Part shown: in pieces, positions 9,937 through 18,865 of the stretch
Numbering within the stretch: the stretch's first letter is position 1
Layout: every line of letters starts with the position of its first letter
The notes under the pieces: model-generated
The model's input: only the letters and a program-made list of their open reading frames with translations
Databases searched by the model: none
Told to the model about the DNA's origin: nothing
Assembly: GCA_022615215.1 (NCBI GenBank)
Contig: JAKEHD010000252.1
Span: forward strand, 1-50,803
DNA: 50,803 nucleotides
From: Blastocatellia bacterium
Lineage (GTDB): Bacteria > Acidobacteriota > Blastocatellia > UBA7656
Reading direction: 5' to 3'
Position numbers and translations under genes: made by a program

Positions 9937-10189
9937 CACGATTCTCCTCTCGATTTGGAGCGGACGGGCGCGTCCGGTTATCTCTGTGCGGCCATGAAGT
10001 TCCACCGTATTGGATGTCCGGGAATACGATTCCTACAAGTATGCAATTGATGAAGCCGTAGAGCGTCGAACTATATGCCCTGAACTCTTCAGGCGTCAAG
10101 ACTCCGTTGTCGCCATCGTACCGCTCGAAACCTCGACCCCTGGCATTCAAGAAAACGTCGGGAATAGTGATCGCCATCATCCGCTCATC

Positions 10190-11527
10190 TCAGGCGGCGA
10201 AGACGATGAAGATCAGCCAGGTCAGCAGCGGGGCCGTGACGACCATAGCGGCTCCCCAAAGCAGTAGCCCTCTGTAGATGTGCGGACGTTCCTCATCCTC
10301 GGAGTTTGCGACCACGAGGGCACCCACAGTGGAGAAGGGCGTCGAGTCCACGACTGTGGCCGAGATCGCGAGCGCGACGACGAGGCCCGTCGTACCGACC
10401 TCCCCTCGCGCCATGAATGGGACAGCGAGCGGAATCATCGCTCCCAGTATGCCCGCGCTCGACGCGAAGGCCGAAGTGAACGCGCCTACTCCACATATCA
10501 GCAGCGCCGCCACCAGCGGCGTGCCGAGTCCTGCGATGGCGTCGCCGACCGCCTGCACTGTTCCATATCGCTGCAAGGCGGCGACATAAGTGACGATTCC
10601 GCAGACCAGCAGCACAACGCTCCAGGCTATCTTCCTGTCGGCTCCATCGCTCGATGCAGGGAAGATCATTTGGAGCAGCGCGGCGGCGGCGAAGGCGAGG
10701 AATCCGATGTTGAGGCCGAAGCCGAGCGCCGCGACCGACACGGCCAATAGGGCAAACAGCGTGCATATCTGATCGATGCCCAAGCGCTCCGCGCGCTGTT
10801 CGACGCGCTCAGTAGTGTCGGCGGGCGCGCTCCGGGCGATGTCAACCGGTGATGCCTCAAAATCGTGAGCGACGCGAGCCCGTGCCCCCACGGCGGCGGC
10901 AGGCACGAACTGAGGCTTCTTCAACTTCAGCCGCAGACCGCCGAACGTGAAGTAAATGATGGCTGCGAGCGCGACATTGTAAGCAAGGTTTCCCAGAAAG
11001 AGCGCCGACGAGGACATATCGAGGCCGCTGCGCGCGACCGCCTGAGTGACAATAGCGCCCAGCACATTCAATGGAGAAAAATTTCCGGCCGCTGCACCGT
11101 GAATCACCATGAGGCCGATCATCCTCCGGTCGATGTCGTAGCGTTTGGCGAGGCGCAGTGAGAGCGGTGCCAGCATCGCCACGCCTGCCGATCCCAGAGC
11201 GCCGGCCATAGCCGGAAGGGACGCGACGACGAATACGATCCATGGAATCAGCGCCCGCCTGTCCTTGACGAGGCGTGCCGCCCCTTCGACTATGCGCTCG
11301 ACCGTGCCGTTGTTCGAGGCAATGGCGAAGAGGTATGTGACGCCCGCGAGCAGCACTAAGAGATCGACGGGGAACCCGCTGTACATATCCTTCAGTCCCT
11401 CGCCCGCGAAGATCGTGCCGACGAGAAACGTCATCACAAGCGCGAGCGCCCCGAGGTTGATCGCCCTTACGGTGCCGATGATGAATACGAGGACCAATGC
11501 GATAATCCCTATGGCGTGTATCGACAA
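10190..11527 (-). CDS. ion-transporter superfamily permease (SLC13/DASS, CitMHS or ArsB/NhaD-like)
   Basis: 445-aa polytopic membrane ORF. Two hydrophobic halves are separated by a hydrophilic loop at about aa 205-255. The substrate cannot be determined from the sequence. Confidence 0.75.
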   Translation of the reverse strand: MSIHAIGIIALVLVFIIGTVRAINLGALALVMTFLVGTIFAGEGLKDMYSGFPVDLLVLLAGVTYLFAIASNNGTVERIVEGAARLVKDRRALIPWIVFVVASLPAMAGALGSAGVAMLAPLSLRLAKRYDIDRRMIGLMVIHGAAAGNFSPLNVLGAIVTQAVARSGLDMSSSALFLGNLAYNVALAAIIYFTFGGLRLKLKKPQFVPAAAVGARARVAHDFEASPVDIARSAPADTTERVEQRAERLGIDQICTLFALLAVSVAALGFGLNIGFLAFAAAALLQMIFPASSDGADRKIAWSVVLLVCGIVTYVAALQRYGTVQAVGDAIAGLGTPLVAALLICGVGAFTSAFASSAGILGAMIPLAVPFMARGEVGTTGLVVALAISATVVDSTPFSTVGALVVANSEDEERPHIYRGLLLWGAAMVVTAPLLTWLIFIVFAA

Positions 11528-11590
11528 GTTAGACTCCCGATGGTCTCTGCCGAAGGTTGACGACGGCTCGCGCCGCAGCAGCAGAGATCG

Positions 11591-12484
11591 CTATGGGTCT
11601 TCGATCGTGGCGAGACCGTTTTCTGCGAGCGTGAGTTGCATAAGGTCTTCGCCCCAGATCACCTGGCCGTCGAACTCCTGCTGAATCTCGCGCATTATCT
11701 GCTCGCGTATGCCGGGCTGATCGATCTGGGCGAGGACGTGCGTGAGTACAAGTGTCTTGACGCCCGCGCGTCTGGCGATCTCCGCGTTGTCCCGATGATT
11801 CCCGCACGCCTTGCGATAGCTTGTGGTCGGCTCGGTGCCGCTCAAGTAGTGGTTCATATGTATGAGCATGTCGCAGCCGCGCGCGAGTTCTATAATCTCA
11901 TCGCACACTCCGCCGCTGTCGCCTGAGTAACAGAGCGAGCCTTCAGGGCTGTCGAGGCGGAACGCGAGGCATTCGAGCTGAGGCTGAACGTGTGAAGCGT
12001 TGCCGACGGTGACCTGCCAGCCGTTGCCTTCAACCACGTCGCCTGCGTGTACCTCTTTCACGCGCGGCGCGGGGCTCTTGCGAGGCGGATACCCACCTCG
12101 CTCCTCGAAGACGAAGATGCTGCTTTCGTGCTCTATGCGCGCGCGGATGTCTGGACCGTAGACGCCCTCCTCGCCAAAGAGCAGTTCGGTCATGCGGGCA
12201 ATAGGCGTCGGCCCGTAGACCTTGAGGTCGGGGATACGGTCTGCGCCCATATCCCAGCGCTGTAGCACAAGGCGCGCATAATCCATGCAGTGGTCGTAAT
12301 GCAGGTGGCTGATGAATGCCTGGCTCACGTCAACGGCCCGGTGCCCGCTCTCGATGAGCCGATGGTGAGCGCCGGGACCATGGTCCATTACTATCAGATC
12401 GTTGCCGACCTCGATGAGGTAGCCCGAGCTTTGCCGCTTGAGCGACGGCGCGGGCGTTCCGGTTCCAAGAAGCGTAATCTTCAT
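11591..12484 (-). CDS. MBL-fold metallo-hydrolase
   Basis: HxHxDH motif (FISHLHYDHCMD) and later metal ligands (LIHMNH, LTHV). Confidence 0.85.
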   Translation of the reverse strand: MKITLLGTGTPAPSLKRQSSGYLIEVGNDLIVMDHGPGAHHRLIESGHRAVDVSQAFISHLHYDHCMDYARLVLQRWDMGADRIPDLKVYGPTPIARMTELLFGEEGVYGPDIRARIEHESSIFVFEERGGYPPRKSPAPRVKEVHAGDVVEGNGWQVTVGNASHVQPQLECLAFRLDSPEGSLCYSGDSGGVCDEIIELARGCDMLIHMNHYLSGTEPTTSYRKACGNHRDNAEIARRAGVKTLVLTHVLAQIDQPGIREQIMREIQQEFDGQVIWGEDLMQLTLAENGLATIEDP

Positions 12485-12593
12485 GTGTTTTCCTCAAATG
12501 ATCGGGCCGCCGCGATCAGGCAACATCACCTGACAAGGAAACGGCGGAGGGCGGCTCAGATCAATCGACTTGTTATACACCTTTTTACGTAAA

Positions 12594-13076
12594 TCATGTC
12601 AGCTTATCTATCAATCGAACAACCCTGTTCCGCTCAACTCCCAGCCGCTTCAGCAGGTCCACAGGGAAACTGCCTTCGTCCTTGAAAAGTGCTATGAACA
12701 GGTCTGTCGATTCTATTGCCCTGCGACCTTTTCTCCGTGCATGCCTGAGAGCGTTCGATAGAAGAGTCTTCACAGACTCCGACATCTTAATACCTTTTCC
12801 GGGGTAATCATTCCGGGCCAAACGAGCCTCAAGGGCATCCAAGACCGCTTCCGTGTCGAGGTTGAGGCTTTGCATTATTTTGTCAAACAACGGGCGCTCG
12901 ATCTTCGTGATGGAAAGAAGTATATGCTCAGGAGCGAGTTGATTATGATCGCGCGAGCGAGCCTCTTCATAAGCTCTGGTAAACAGACGGCGACCGCTCT
13001 CGGCGAATTTGTCTATGTAGATTTCCAGGCTGAAGCCTGATGAGAGTTTCCTGATCAAGGCCATCAAAGTCTTCAT
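12594..13076 (-). CDS. stand-alone Clp_N (Clp amino-terminal repeat) domain protein
   Basis: 160 aa with two Clp_N-like repeats (NQLAPEHILLSITK...LNLDTEAVLDAL and IESTDLFIALFKDEGSFPVDLLKRLGV). Confidence 0.65.
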   Translation of the reverse strand: MKTLMALIRKLSSGFSLEIYIDKFAESGRRLFTRAYEEARSRDHNQLAPEHILLSITKIERPLFDKIMQSLNLDTEAVLDALEARLARNDYPGKGIKMSESVKTLLSNALRHARRKGRRAIESTDLFIALFKDEGSFPVDLLKRLGVERNRVVRLIDKLT

Positions 13077-13108
13077 CGAGTCCTCTGAGCAGCTAATCGA
13101 TGCGGGCC

Positions 13109-13585
13109 TCAGGCATAGCGTCGCTTGTGATACTCGACTTCGAGTATCAATCCTGCCCTGTCGTAATAGCCTTCGCCATCAACTTGTAATAAGCCTGTCC
13201 GATTAGCAAGCAACCATTGCCATAGCGGATCGATCTTTTCCAGCATTGCTTCTGTTTCACGCCCCTGCCACAACACACGAACCGCTACGATGGCGTTAGC
13301 GTTATTCAGAACGCTTAGAACATCGGCCTTCTTCTCGCCTTGCGCCTCTTCCGCATCTTCTAGCAGTTCCTCGATCTCCTCGTCGGAAAGAGGGTCGTCA
13401 AGGTAACTTACATCGACTTCGCCATAGAGATCATTGTTATGTTTGAGCAGGCCATAATTATCTGCATCTTCATCTCTCTCGATTGAATAGGCATCGTCAG
13501 CCTGTTTAAGCGCAGATTCGAGGATATCCAACGAAAGGTCTCGTTCATCATTGGAGATGAATCGTATGTAATAACCCATATACAA
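13109..13585 (-). CDS. hypothetical acidic protein
   Basis: 158-aa ORF with a strongly acidic stretch (DDPLSDEEIEELLEDAEEAQGE). It lies 63 nt downstream of the WGR-propeller gene on the same strand. I recognised no family. Confidence 0.55.
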   Translation of the reverse strand: MYMGYYIRFISNDERDLSLDILESALKQADDAYSIERDEDADNYGLLKHNNDLYGEVDVSYLDDPLSDEEIEELLEDAEEAQGEKKADVLSVLNNANAIVAVRVLWQGRETEAMLEKIDPLWQWLLANRTGLLQVDGEGYYDRAGLILEVEYHKRRYA

Positions 13586-13611
13586 GCACCTGACAGGTAT
13601 GGATCATCGAG

Positions 13612-13633
13612 GGGCGACCACAGAGGGTCGCCC
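13612..13633 (-). promoter_or_regulatory. intercistronic stem-loop (8-bp perfect stem)
   Basis: GGGCGACC-acagag-GGTCGCCC lies between the WGR-propeller stop (13649) and the acidic-protein start (13585). No T-tract follows. Confidence 0.35.
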
Positions 13634-13648
13634 GTACATGTTCATCAA

Positions 13649-15091
13649 TCAACTCACTAACTTTCTGATATTGCCATAAGCGCGATAGAAACCGCCACGC
13701 GCCTCGCGCACTTCGTCTACCACGTACCGCGCGCCCTCTTCGCGTATGCCTTTCGGAAATTGACACCGCCACCCTTTGTTGAACCCTTCGGAAATGACTC
13801 GCACGCGCAGCTTGCCGCCCTCCCTGTAGCATTCGACTTCTACGCCGCGTCCGACCGCTGCCGTTGTCTCGACCGCCGTTACGGATGACTCTTCGACCTG
13901 CGGAGCCTTGATCGAGACGGCTTCCGGAATAGAGCCTTCCTGCGCCGACTGTATGGCCGCTTCGCTTGCATCAATAGAAGCGAGCGAGCCGTCCGTTGTG
14001 ACTATGTAAAGCCGGTCGTTGAAGAACTGCATCGAATAGGCCGCGCCGCACCCCGTAGCGAGTTTCCATAATCGCTCTCCCGCTTCGTTGAAGCAATAGA
14101 CAGCCTCTCTGTTGTCCGCAGCAAAGACGTACTTGCCGTCTTCTGCGGCTGCGCAGGAAAAGATCGCCGCGTCGCACTGATACACGGTTCCGGGTTCGCC
14201 GCGCTTGCTGAAGCTGTGTACCTTGCCTTCATGGGTGCTGGCATAGACGGTCGCTTCTTCCTGCCAGCCGAACAACACCGATCCCCTGGTTGGGCGCTCC
14301 CATATCACGCGGCCGTCTTCCCAATCGTACATGGTCACACCCTCTGAATGGCCGTGATATACGCCTATCTCGTCCGCGCGAACCATCCATGCGTTCATGC
14401 CTCGGCTCTGGTGTGTCCACTGGGTTTCGTCTTCGTGATTGATTATGGTGACGCTGCCTTGCGCGTCCGAGACCGCAAGCACCCCGTCGCTTATGTCGAG
14501 CCAGTATATGTCGACATCTTCGGCGATCTCGTAGGCTATGCGCGGAGACTTGCTGCTCAGGTCATAGACCTTGCCGTCGTCGCATCCGGCGTAGAGCCAG
14601 TCGTCGTCTGCGACTATGCATTTCACGCCGTCGGGCAATTTGAATTTCGCTCGGACCTCGCCCGTGTGGTCGAGTGCGAAAATCTTTCCGGCTTCGTTCC
14701 CGACCCAGCAGAGCGATTCGTCTATGAATATGCCGAATGCGTTCGCGCCCGACTCGAATTTCCAGAGGACCGGGGCGGGTTTGTCTGCGGGCTGACGGCT
14801 TGCGGCGGTGCCGCGAGCGGGCCGCTCTACGGCTATGTGACGGCGAGTGACGGGCCGTTTCTTGCGCTCTCCCATGACCGCGTGTTCGTAGCCCTTCTTC
14901 ATCTTTTGATTGATCTTCTTTGCGGCTTCGGCCTTTGCCTTTTCGTGGCTCTCATAAGAAGCGGTGCTGGTCTGACCCGCGTCGCCTATGCGACCGAAGC
15001 GAATCGAGACCTCCGCGCCGTTGACCTTCACTTCATAGAATTTGTGGGAGCTGCCTTCTGATAGTTCGAGGTATGTTGTTTCTTCGGCCAT
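13649..15091 (-). CDS. WGR domain plus beta-propeller (PQQ/WD-like) protein
   Basis: The ATG at 15091 has a GGAGAC RBS, whereas the track start at 15109 is TTG. The WGR domain is TYLELSEGSSHKFYEVKVNGAEVSIRFGRIGDAGQ...KKGYEH. Repeated blade motifs follow (DDWLYAGCDDGKVYDL, VYASTHEGKVHSF, RLYIVTTDGSLASI), then a basic C-terminal segment of about 70 aa. Confidence 0.8.
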   Translation of the reverse strand: MAEETTYLELSEGSSHKFYEVKVNGAEVSIRFGRIGDAGQTSTASYESHEKAKAEAAKKINQKMKKGYEHAVMGERKKRPVTRRHIAVERPARGTAASRQPADKPAPVLWKFESGANAFGIFIDESLCWVGNEAGKIFALDHTGEVRAKFKLPDGVKCIVADDDWLYAGCDDGKVYDLSSKSPRIAYEIAEDVDIYWLDISDGVLAVSDAQGSVTIINHEDETQWTHQSRGMNAWMVRADEIGVYHGHSEGVTMYDWEDGRVIWERPTRGSVLFGWQEEATVYASTHEGKVHSFSKRGEPGTVYQCDAAIFSCAAAEDGKYVFAADNREAVYCFNEAGERLWKLATGCGAAYSMQFFNDRLYIVTTDGSLASIDASEAAIQSAQEGSIPEAVSIKAPQVEESSVTAVETTAAVGRGVEVECYREGGKLRVRVISEGFNKGWRCQFPKGIREEGARYVVDEVREARGGFYRAYGNIRKLVS

Positions 15092-15275
15092 AGTGTCTCC
15101 GTTATTCAAGATGTAATTTCAAGGTCAAAAATAATGCGCTATCAAACAGGTGTCCAGAGAAAATTATTCACCGGTTGGGAGCCGGCTGTCTCATTCGCGG
15201 ATGTCCGGGTTATTATATTTGGCCGGATAAAAAATTTCAGTAGCCTGAACGTAAGGGAGGGTTTCGGAGGTCGAA

Positions 15276-15668
15276 ATGGAGAGGAAGAACATTTCAAGCG
15301 GAACACGCTGGGAGCCTGTAGTCGGATACTCGCGGGCTGTTCGCATTGGCAATTCGATTCATGTATCGGGCACGACGGCCACCGGTCCCGATGGAGAGAT
15401 AGTCGGCATCAATGACGCTTACGCGCAGGCGGTGCAGACTCTTAAAAACATCGAAGCCGCGCTCGAACGGGCGGGAGCCTCTATGAAAGATGTCGTTCGC
15501 ACGCGCATGTACGTGACGAACATGGACGATTGGGAAAAGGTTGGAAAAGCGCACGGCGAATTCTTCGCGGATATACGCCCGGCCACGAGCATGGTCGAAG
15601 TCAGCCGTTTGATCTCGCCCGATATGCTGGTTGAGATAGAAGCCGACGCCGTCGTTGATAATTCATAA
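15276..15668 (+). CDS. RidA/YjgF family protein
   Basis: 130-aa ORF with YjgF/RidA-like blocks ([40 protein letters not shown]...LVEIEADA). Confidence 0.85.
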   Translation: MERKNISSGTRWEPVVGYSRAVRIGNSIHVSGTTATGPDGEIVGINDAYAQAVQTLKNIEAALERAGASMKDVVRTRMYVTNMDDWEKVGKAHGEFFADIRPATSMVEVSRLISPDMLVEIEADAVVDNS

Positions 15669-15674
15669 GAAAAG

Positions 15675-15801
15675 CAGGGGAGCAAGGGGGCAGGGGAGCA
15701 GGGGTGATCAGAATTATTGCGTGATTAGATAATTGGGTATAAATGAGCGAGTGAAGAGGAACTGCTCCCCTGCCCCTCTGCACCCCTGCACCCCTGCTTC
15801 C
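15675..15801. repeat. inverted pair of 8-nt tandem arrays (CAGGGGNG x4 ... CTGCNCCC x5)
   Basis: Left arm is 15675-15706 and right arm is 15762-15801. The right units are reverse complements of the left units. The element fills the spacer between convergent ridA-like and mtgA. Confidence 0.9.
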
Positions 15802-15802
15802 T

Positions 15803-16558
15803 TTAGGAGAGGTCTTTAGGAATCTCCACATAGCGCATGAGTCGCATTATGATATTGCGGCGGCGCTCGACCCGGCGGCGGTGTTTGTTAGGATTGAAGG
15901 TCTCGCGCGGGTTGGGAATGATCGCTGAGAGAAAGGCCGCTTGCTCAGGACTGAGCGAGGCGGCCGATGTATTGAAGTATTTGCGAGAGGCCGCCTCCGC
16001 GCCGTAGACGCCGTCGCCCCATTCGATCACGTTCAGGTAGATTTCAAGTATCCTTCGCTTGCTGAGAATCAATTCCATCTCCCAGGTTATCAGGGCTTCG
16101 TGCAGTTTGCGAACGGGGTTCTTCGAGGTTGAGAGGAAGAGGTTCTTCGAAAGTTGCTGACTGATAGTGGAAGCGCCGCGTTTGAACTTTCCCTGTTTCC
16201 AGTTCTCTTCTATAGCCTTTTCGATCTGTTCCCAATCGAAGCCCGAATGGTCGAAGAAGTTCGAGTCTTCGCCCGCAAGCACCGCGCGCACGAGGTTTCG
16301 AGATATTCGGTCGTAAGGCACCCAGGTCTGCTCGCGTCGGGGCGTAAGGCCCTGGTCCTCGGCCTCGGATGCGCGCTGCTCCATCAGGGCGGTAACTTCG
16401 GGATTCGAACTTCTCATTCGAAAGACGCGAAAGAGTATCCACCCGTGATAGAGGAGCATAAGCCCCAGCGCGATTGCGATTATGTTCTTCGCCCATCTGC
16501 GCCATCGCGGATGTTCGCGTTTTCGAGCTATGGTTTTTATCTCTGCCCGCTGAACCAT
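15803..16558 (-). CDS. mtgA: monofunctional biosynthetic peptidoglycan transglycosylase
   Basis: GT51 motifs (LAGEDSNFFDHSGFDWEQI, GASTISQQLSKNLFL, RRILEIYLNVIEWG), an N-terminal TM anchor, and 251 aa. Confidence 0.9.
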   Translation of the reverse strand: MVQRAEIKTIARKREHPRWRRWAKNIIAIALGLMLLYHGWILFRVFRMRSSNPEVTALMEQRASEAEDQGLTPRREQTWVPYDRISRNLVRAVLAGEDSNFFDHSGFDWEQIEKAIEENWKQGKFKRGASTISQQLSKNLFLSTSKNPVRKLHEALITWEMELILSKRRILEIYLNVIEWGDGVYGAEAASRKYFNTSAASLSPEQAAFLSAIIPNPRETFNPNKHRRRVERRRNIIMRLMRYVEIPKDLS

Positions 16559-16658
16559 AGCGGCTATTATAACCGCAATCGGGTTCCTGCTGTAGAGTTG
16601 GGCGGTACGGGGGAAAAGATGAGGAAAAAAGATAGAGTAATACCCTTCGTCTTCCTTT

Positions 16659-18068
16659 TTACGACCTCGGCGAATGCGCCGCTTTCCATATAAAATAGAC
16701 GGGGATTCCCGCCAGTATTATAAGGAACACAAGCAATGCGCCGCTGCCCTTCGATGAGCCTGAAAACACGCCATAATAGCGAAGGTCGTCGAGCAACGCA
16801 TTGCCGAGTAAAAAGAGCGCCGCAAGCAGGAAGAGCGCGGGAGTGACAGGATAACCGAAAGTTTTATATGGTCTCGCAAGGTCCGGGCGCTTGTGCCTGA
16901 GCATGTAAACTGCGGCCACTCCGCCTGCATAAAAAGGCCAGATAGCCAGCACGAAGGTGTCGGCCAACTCCTCGAAGGTGCGCACGAGGACGAACGCGAC
17001 GGCCATCCCTGCCGCAAGCGATATGGCAACGTAAGGCGTCTTGAATCGCGGATGCACGGCGGCGATCTTTTTGAAGAACAGCCCGTCGTCGGCCATAGCG
17101 AAAAATATCCTCGGTCCCGTCATCATCGAGCCGTTCAGCGTGCCGAAAGCCGACACCATAACCGCTATCGAAACCAGCGTCACTCCTGAGTCGCCTATTA
17201 TTCTATAGGCGGTGTCTGCGGCCACGAGCTTCGAATTGGCTATCTGCTCGATGTTGAGCAGATGAAGATAAGCCAGATTGGCGAGTATATAAATCGTTAT
17301 GACTGCAAGTGTGCCTATGATGAGCGCCAGGGGCAGGAAGCGTTCGGGACGTTTCACTTCACCGCTCACGAACGTAACATCTCCCCACCCGTCATAGACC
17401 CATAGCAGCGATATGAACGCAAGCCCGAAGAGCGTGGTCGATACTTCTCCGACCGCCTGCGTCTGCTGCTCAGGCGCGGGCGCGGGATGATTCGCGCCTA
17501 TAAGGAATGCCGCAAGCACGAGCACTATAAGAGCGAGGTATTTTGCCGCTGTGGTCAGGTTCTGAACGAATGCGCCGAGGCTTACGCCCACGATGTTATA
17601 TGCCGCGACCACGACTATGGCCGCCGCCGCGATGTAATGCACCGCATCCTGATTTTCTATTCGAAGCGATCTGAGAAAATATTCCGCGAAGACCGTCGAG
17701 ATAGCCCCTAAAGCGGATGCGCGAATTATTACCAACTCGGACCAGCCGAAGAGAAATGCAGGCAGCGGTCCCCACCCTTCGCGCAGATATACGAAGAAGC
17801 CGCCCGTGCGCGGGATTGCGCCCGCAAGCTCTGCTATCGTGAGAGCGCCGCACAAAGCGAAGAACCCGCCCAGCGCCCATAGCAGCAGATACATGCTCTC
17901 ATCGGGCACGTTTTTCGCTATGCCCGCAGGCGAGCGGAAAATGCCTGTGCCTATGACCGAGCCTACGAGCACGGCGATGGCGCTCACCAGGCCGAGCTTT
18001 CGAGGAAGCTCAGTGTATCGCCGGGACTCAACCATTGGGGCGGCATTCTTTTCAGTAGTAGTTTCCAC
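16659..18068 (-). CDS. APC-family amino acid permease
   Basis: 469-aa ORF with about 12 TM segments. The N-terminal block is GTGIFRSPAGIA and the organisation is typical of the APC family. Confidence 0.85.
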   Translation of the reverse strand: METTTEKNAAPMVESRRYTELPRKLGLVSAIAVLVGSVIGTGIFRSPAGIAKNVPDESMYLLLWALGGFFALCGALTIAELAGAIPRTGGFFVYLREGWGPLPAFLFGWSELVIIRASALGAISTVFAEYFLRSLRIENQDAVHYIAAAAIVVVAAYNIVGVSLGAFVQNLTTAAKYLALIVLVLAAFLIGANHPAPAPEQQTQAVGEVSTTLFGLAFISLLWVYDGWGDVTFVSGEVKRPERFLPLALIIGTLAVITIYILANLAYLHLLNIEQIANSKLVAADTAYRIIGDSGVTLVSIAVMVSAFGTLNGSMMTGPRIFFAMADDGLFFKKIAAVHPRFKTPYVAISLAAGMAVAFVLVRTFEELADTFVLAIWPFYAGGVAAVYMLRHKRPDLARPYKTFGYPVTPALFLLAALFLLGNALLDDLRYYGVFSGSSKGSGALLVFLIILAGIPVYFIWKAAHSPRS

Positions 18069-18074
18069 AGGATT

Positions 18075-18239
18075 CAGCTATCAGCTATCAGCCGTCAGCT
18101 ATCAGTAATCAGTGGTCATAAAGATTTCTTTCTTACGTTGCGCTTTCATCAATGCCTTGATTTAAAGCAACAACGGACAACGGACAACGGACGAATCACG
18201 CATCACGGCTGATGGCTGATGGCTGATGGCTGACGGCTG
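18075..18239. repeat. heptamer arrays: CAGCTAT-type x6, AACGGAC x3, A(T/C)GGCTG x5
   Basis: At 18075-18116: cagctat cagctat cagccgt cagctat cagtaat cagtggt. At 18172-18192: aacggac x3. At 18205-18239: acggctg atggctg x3 acggctg. The outer arrays are imperfect reverse complements. The element fills the whole spacer between two minus-strand genes. Confidence 0.9.
18119..18135 (+). repeat. 17-mer TAAAGATTTCTTTCTTA, copy 1
   Basis: This exact 17-mer also occurs at 31666-31682 (+) and 32585-32601 (-). Confidence 0.95.
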
Positions 18240-18241
18240 AT

Positions 18242-18829
18242 CTAATGTTTGAGCCATGACCGGACGGTGAAGAAAAGGGCCGCGACTCCTGCGAACAATG
18301 CAATTGCCATGAGCGCAACAGAGTATTGATGGAGGTCGTTGAATTGAAGTCGAACCGGGTCCGTGGCGGGCACATCATCTATCAGGCCGCCCATCTGGTT
18401 GCGAAGCGATGTCATAGTCGGTGATACCCAGAATTTCGACAGCGCCGCCGCGACTATCATCACCGCGATAAGCGCCGGACGTAGCGCGCCACTCAAGCCT
18501 CGTGAGTGCCTCGCCCGCCAGGAAACTATCTGAATCAGGATGAGCGAAGGCCCGATTATAAGGCCGAGCGATTCGACCTTGGAGATAGTGCTTGTGACTA
18601 TCTGGCCCGACAGATGGCGCGAAGGGAGGACGGCGAAGGCGCTCGGAGCGACGGCGAAGCTGAAGAAGGCCATCGAGCCGAGCCACACTCCAAGCAAGAA
18701 TATCTCCACGAAGGCGAGTATCTGCCAGCCGGTCCCGAGAGCAGCCACCATAGCCGGTTTCACGGTTTGCGCATTCGAAGTGCTTATAGACATAACTTCA
18801 TTAAGAACATAACCAGGTTTTCGCTTCAT
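18242..18829 (-). CDS. DUF4149-like integral membrane protein
   Basis: 195-aa ORF with four hydrophobic segments. The block LLGVWLGSMAFFSFAVAPSAFAVLPS resembles DUF4149/TMEM205-like proteins. The start codon is uncertain. Confidence 0.55.
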   Translation of the reverse strand: MKRKPGYVLNEVMSISTSNAQTVKPAMVAALGTGWQILAFVEIFLLGVWLGSMAFFSFAVAPSAFAVLPSRHLSGQIVTSTISKVESLGLIIGPSLILIQIVSWRARHSRGLSGALRPALIAVMIVAAALSKFWVSPTMTSLRNQMGGLIDDVPATDPVRLQFNDLHQYSVALMAIALFAGVAALFFTVRSWLKH

Positions 18830-18865
18830 CTTTAGAGCGAACGAACCGAATCATAGTGTGCTCAG

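Noticed and set aside
9007-10050. 347-aa plus-strand ORF overlapping the HExxH protein gene.
   Set aside because: The minus-strand ORF has an RBS, a signal peptide and an HExxH motif. The plus-strand product has R/L/G/V-rich antisense-type composition and no motifs.
18075-18239. Whether the short tandem arrays here and at the six other sites are CRISPR arrays.
   Set aside because: The period is 7-8 nt with no unique spacers, the units are degenerate, and no cas genes are present. They are reported as a separate repeat family instead.
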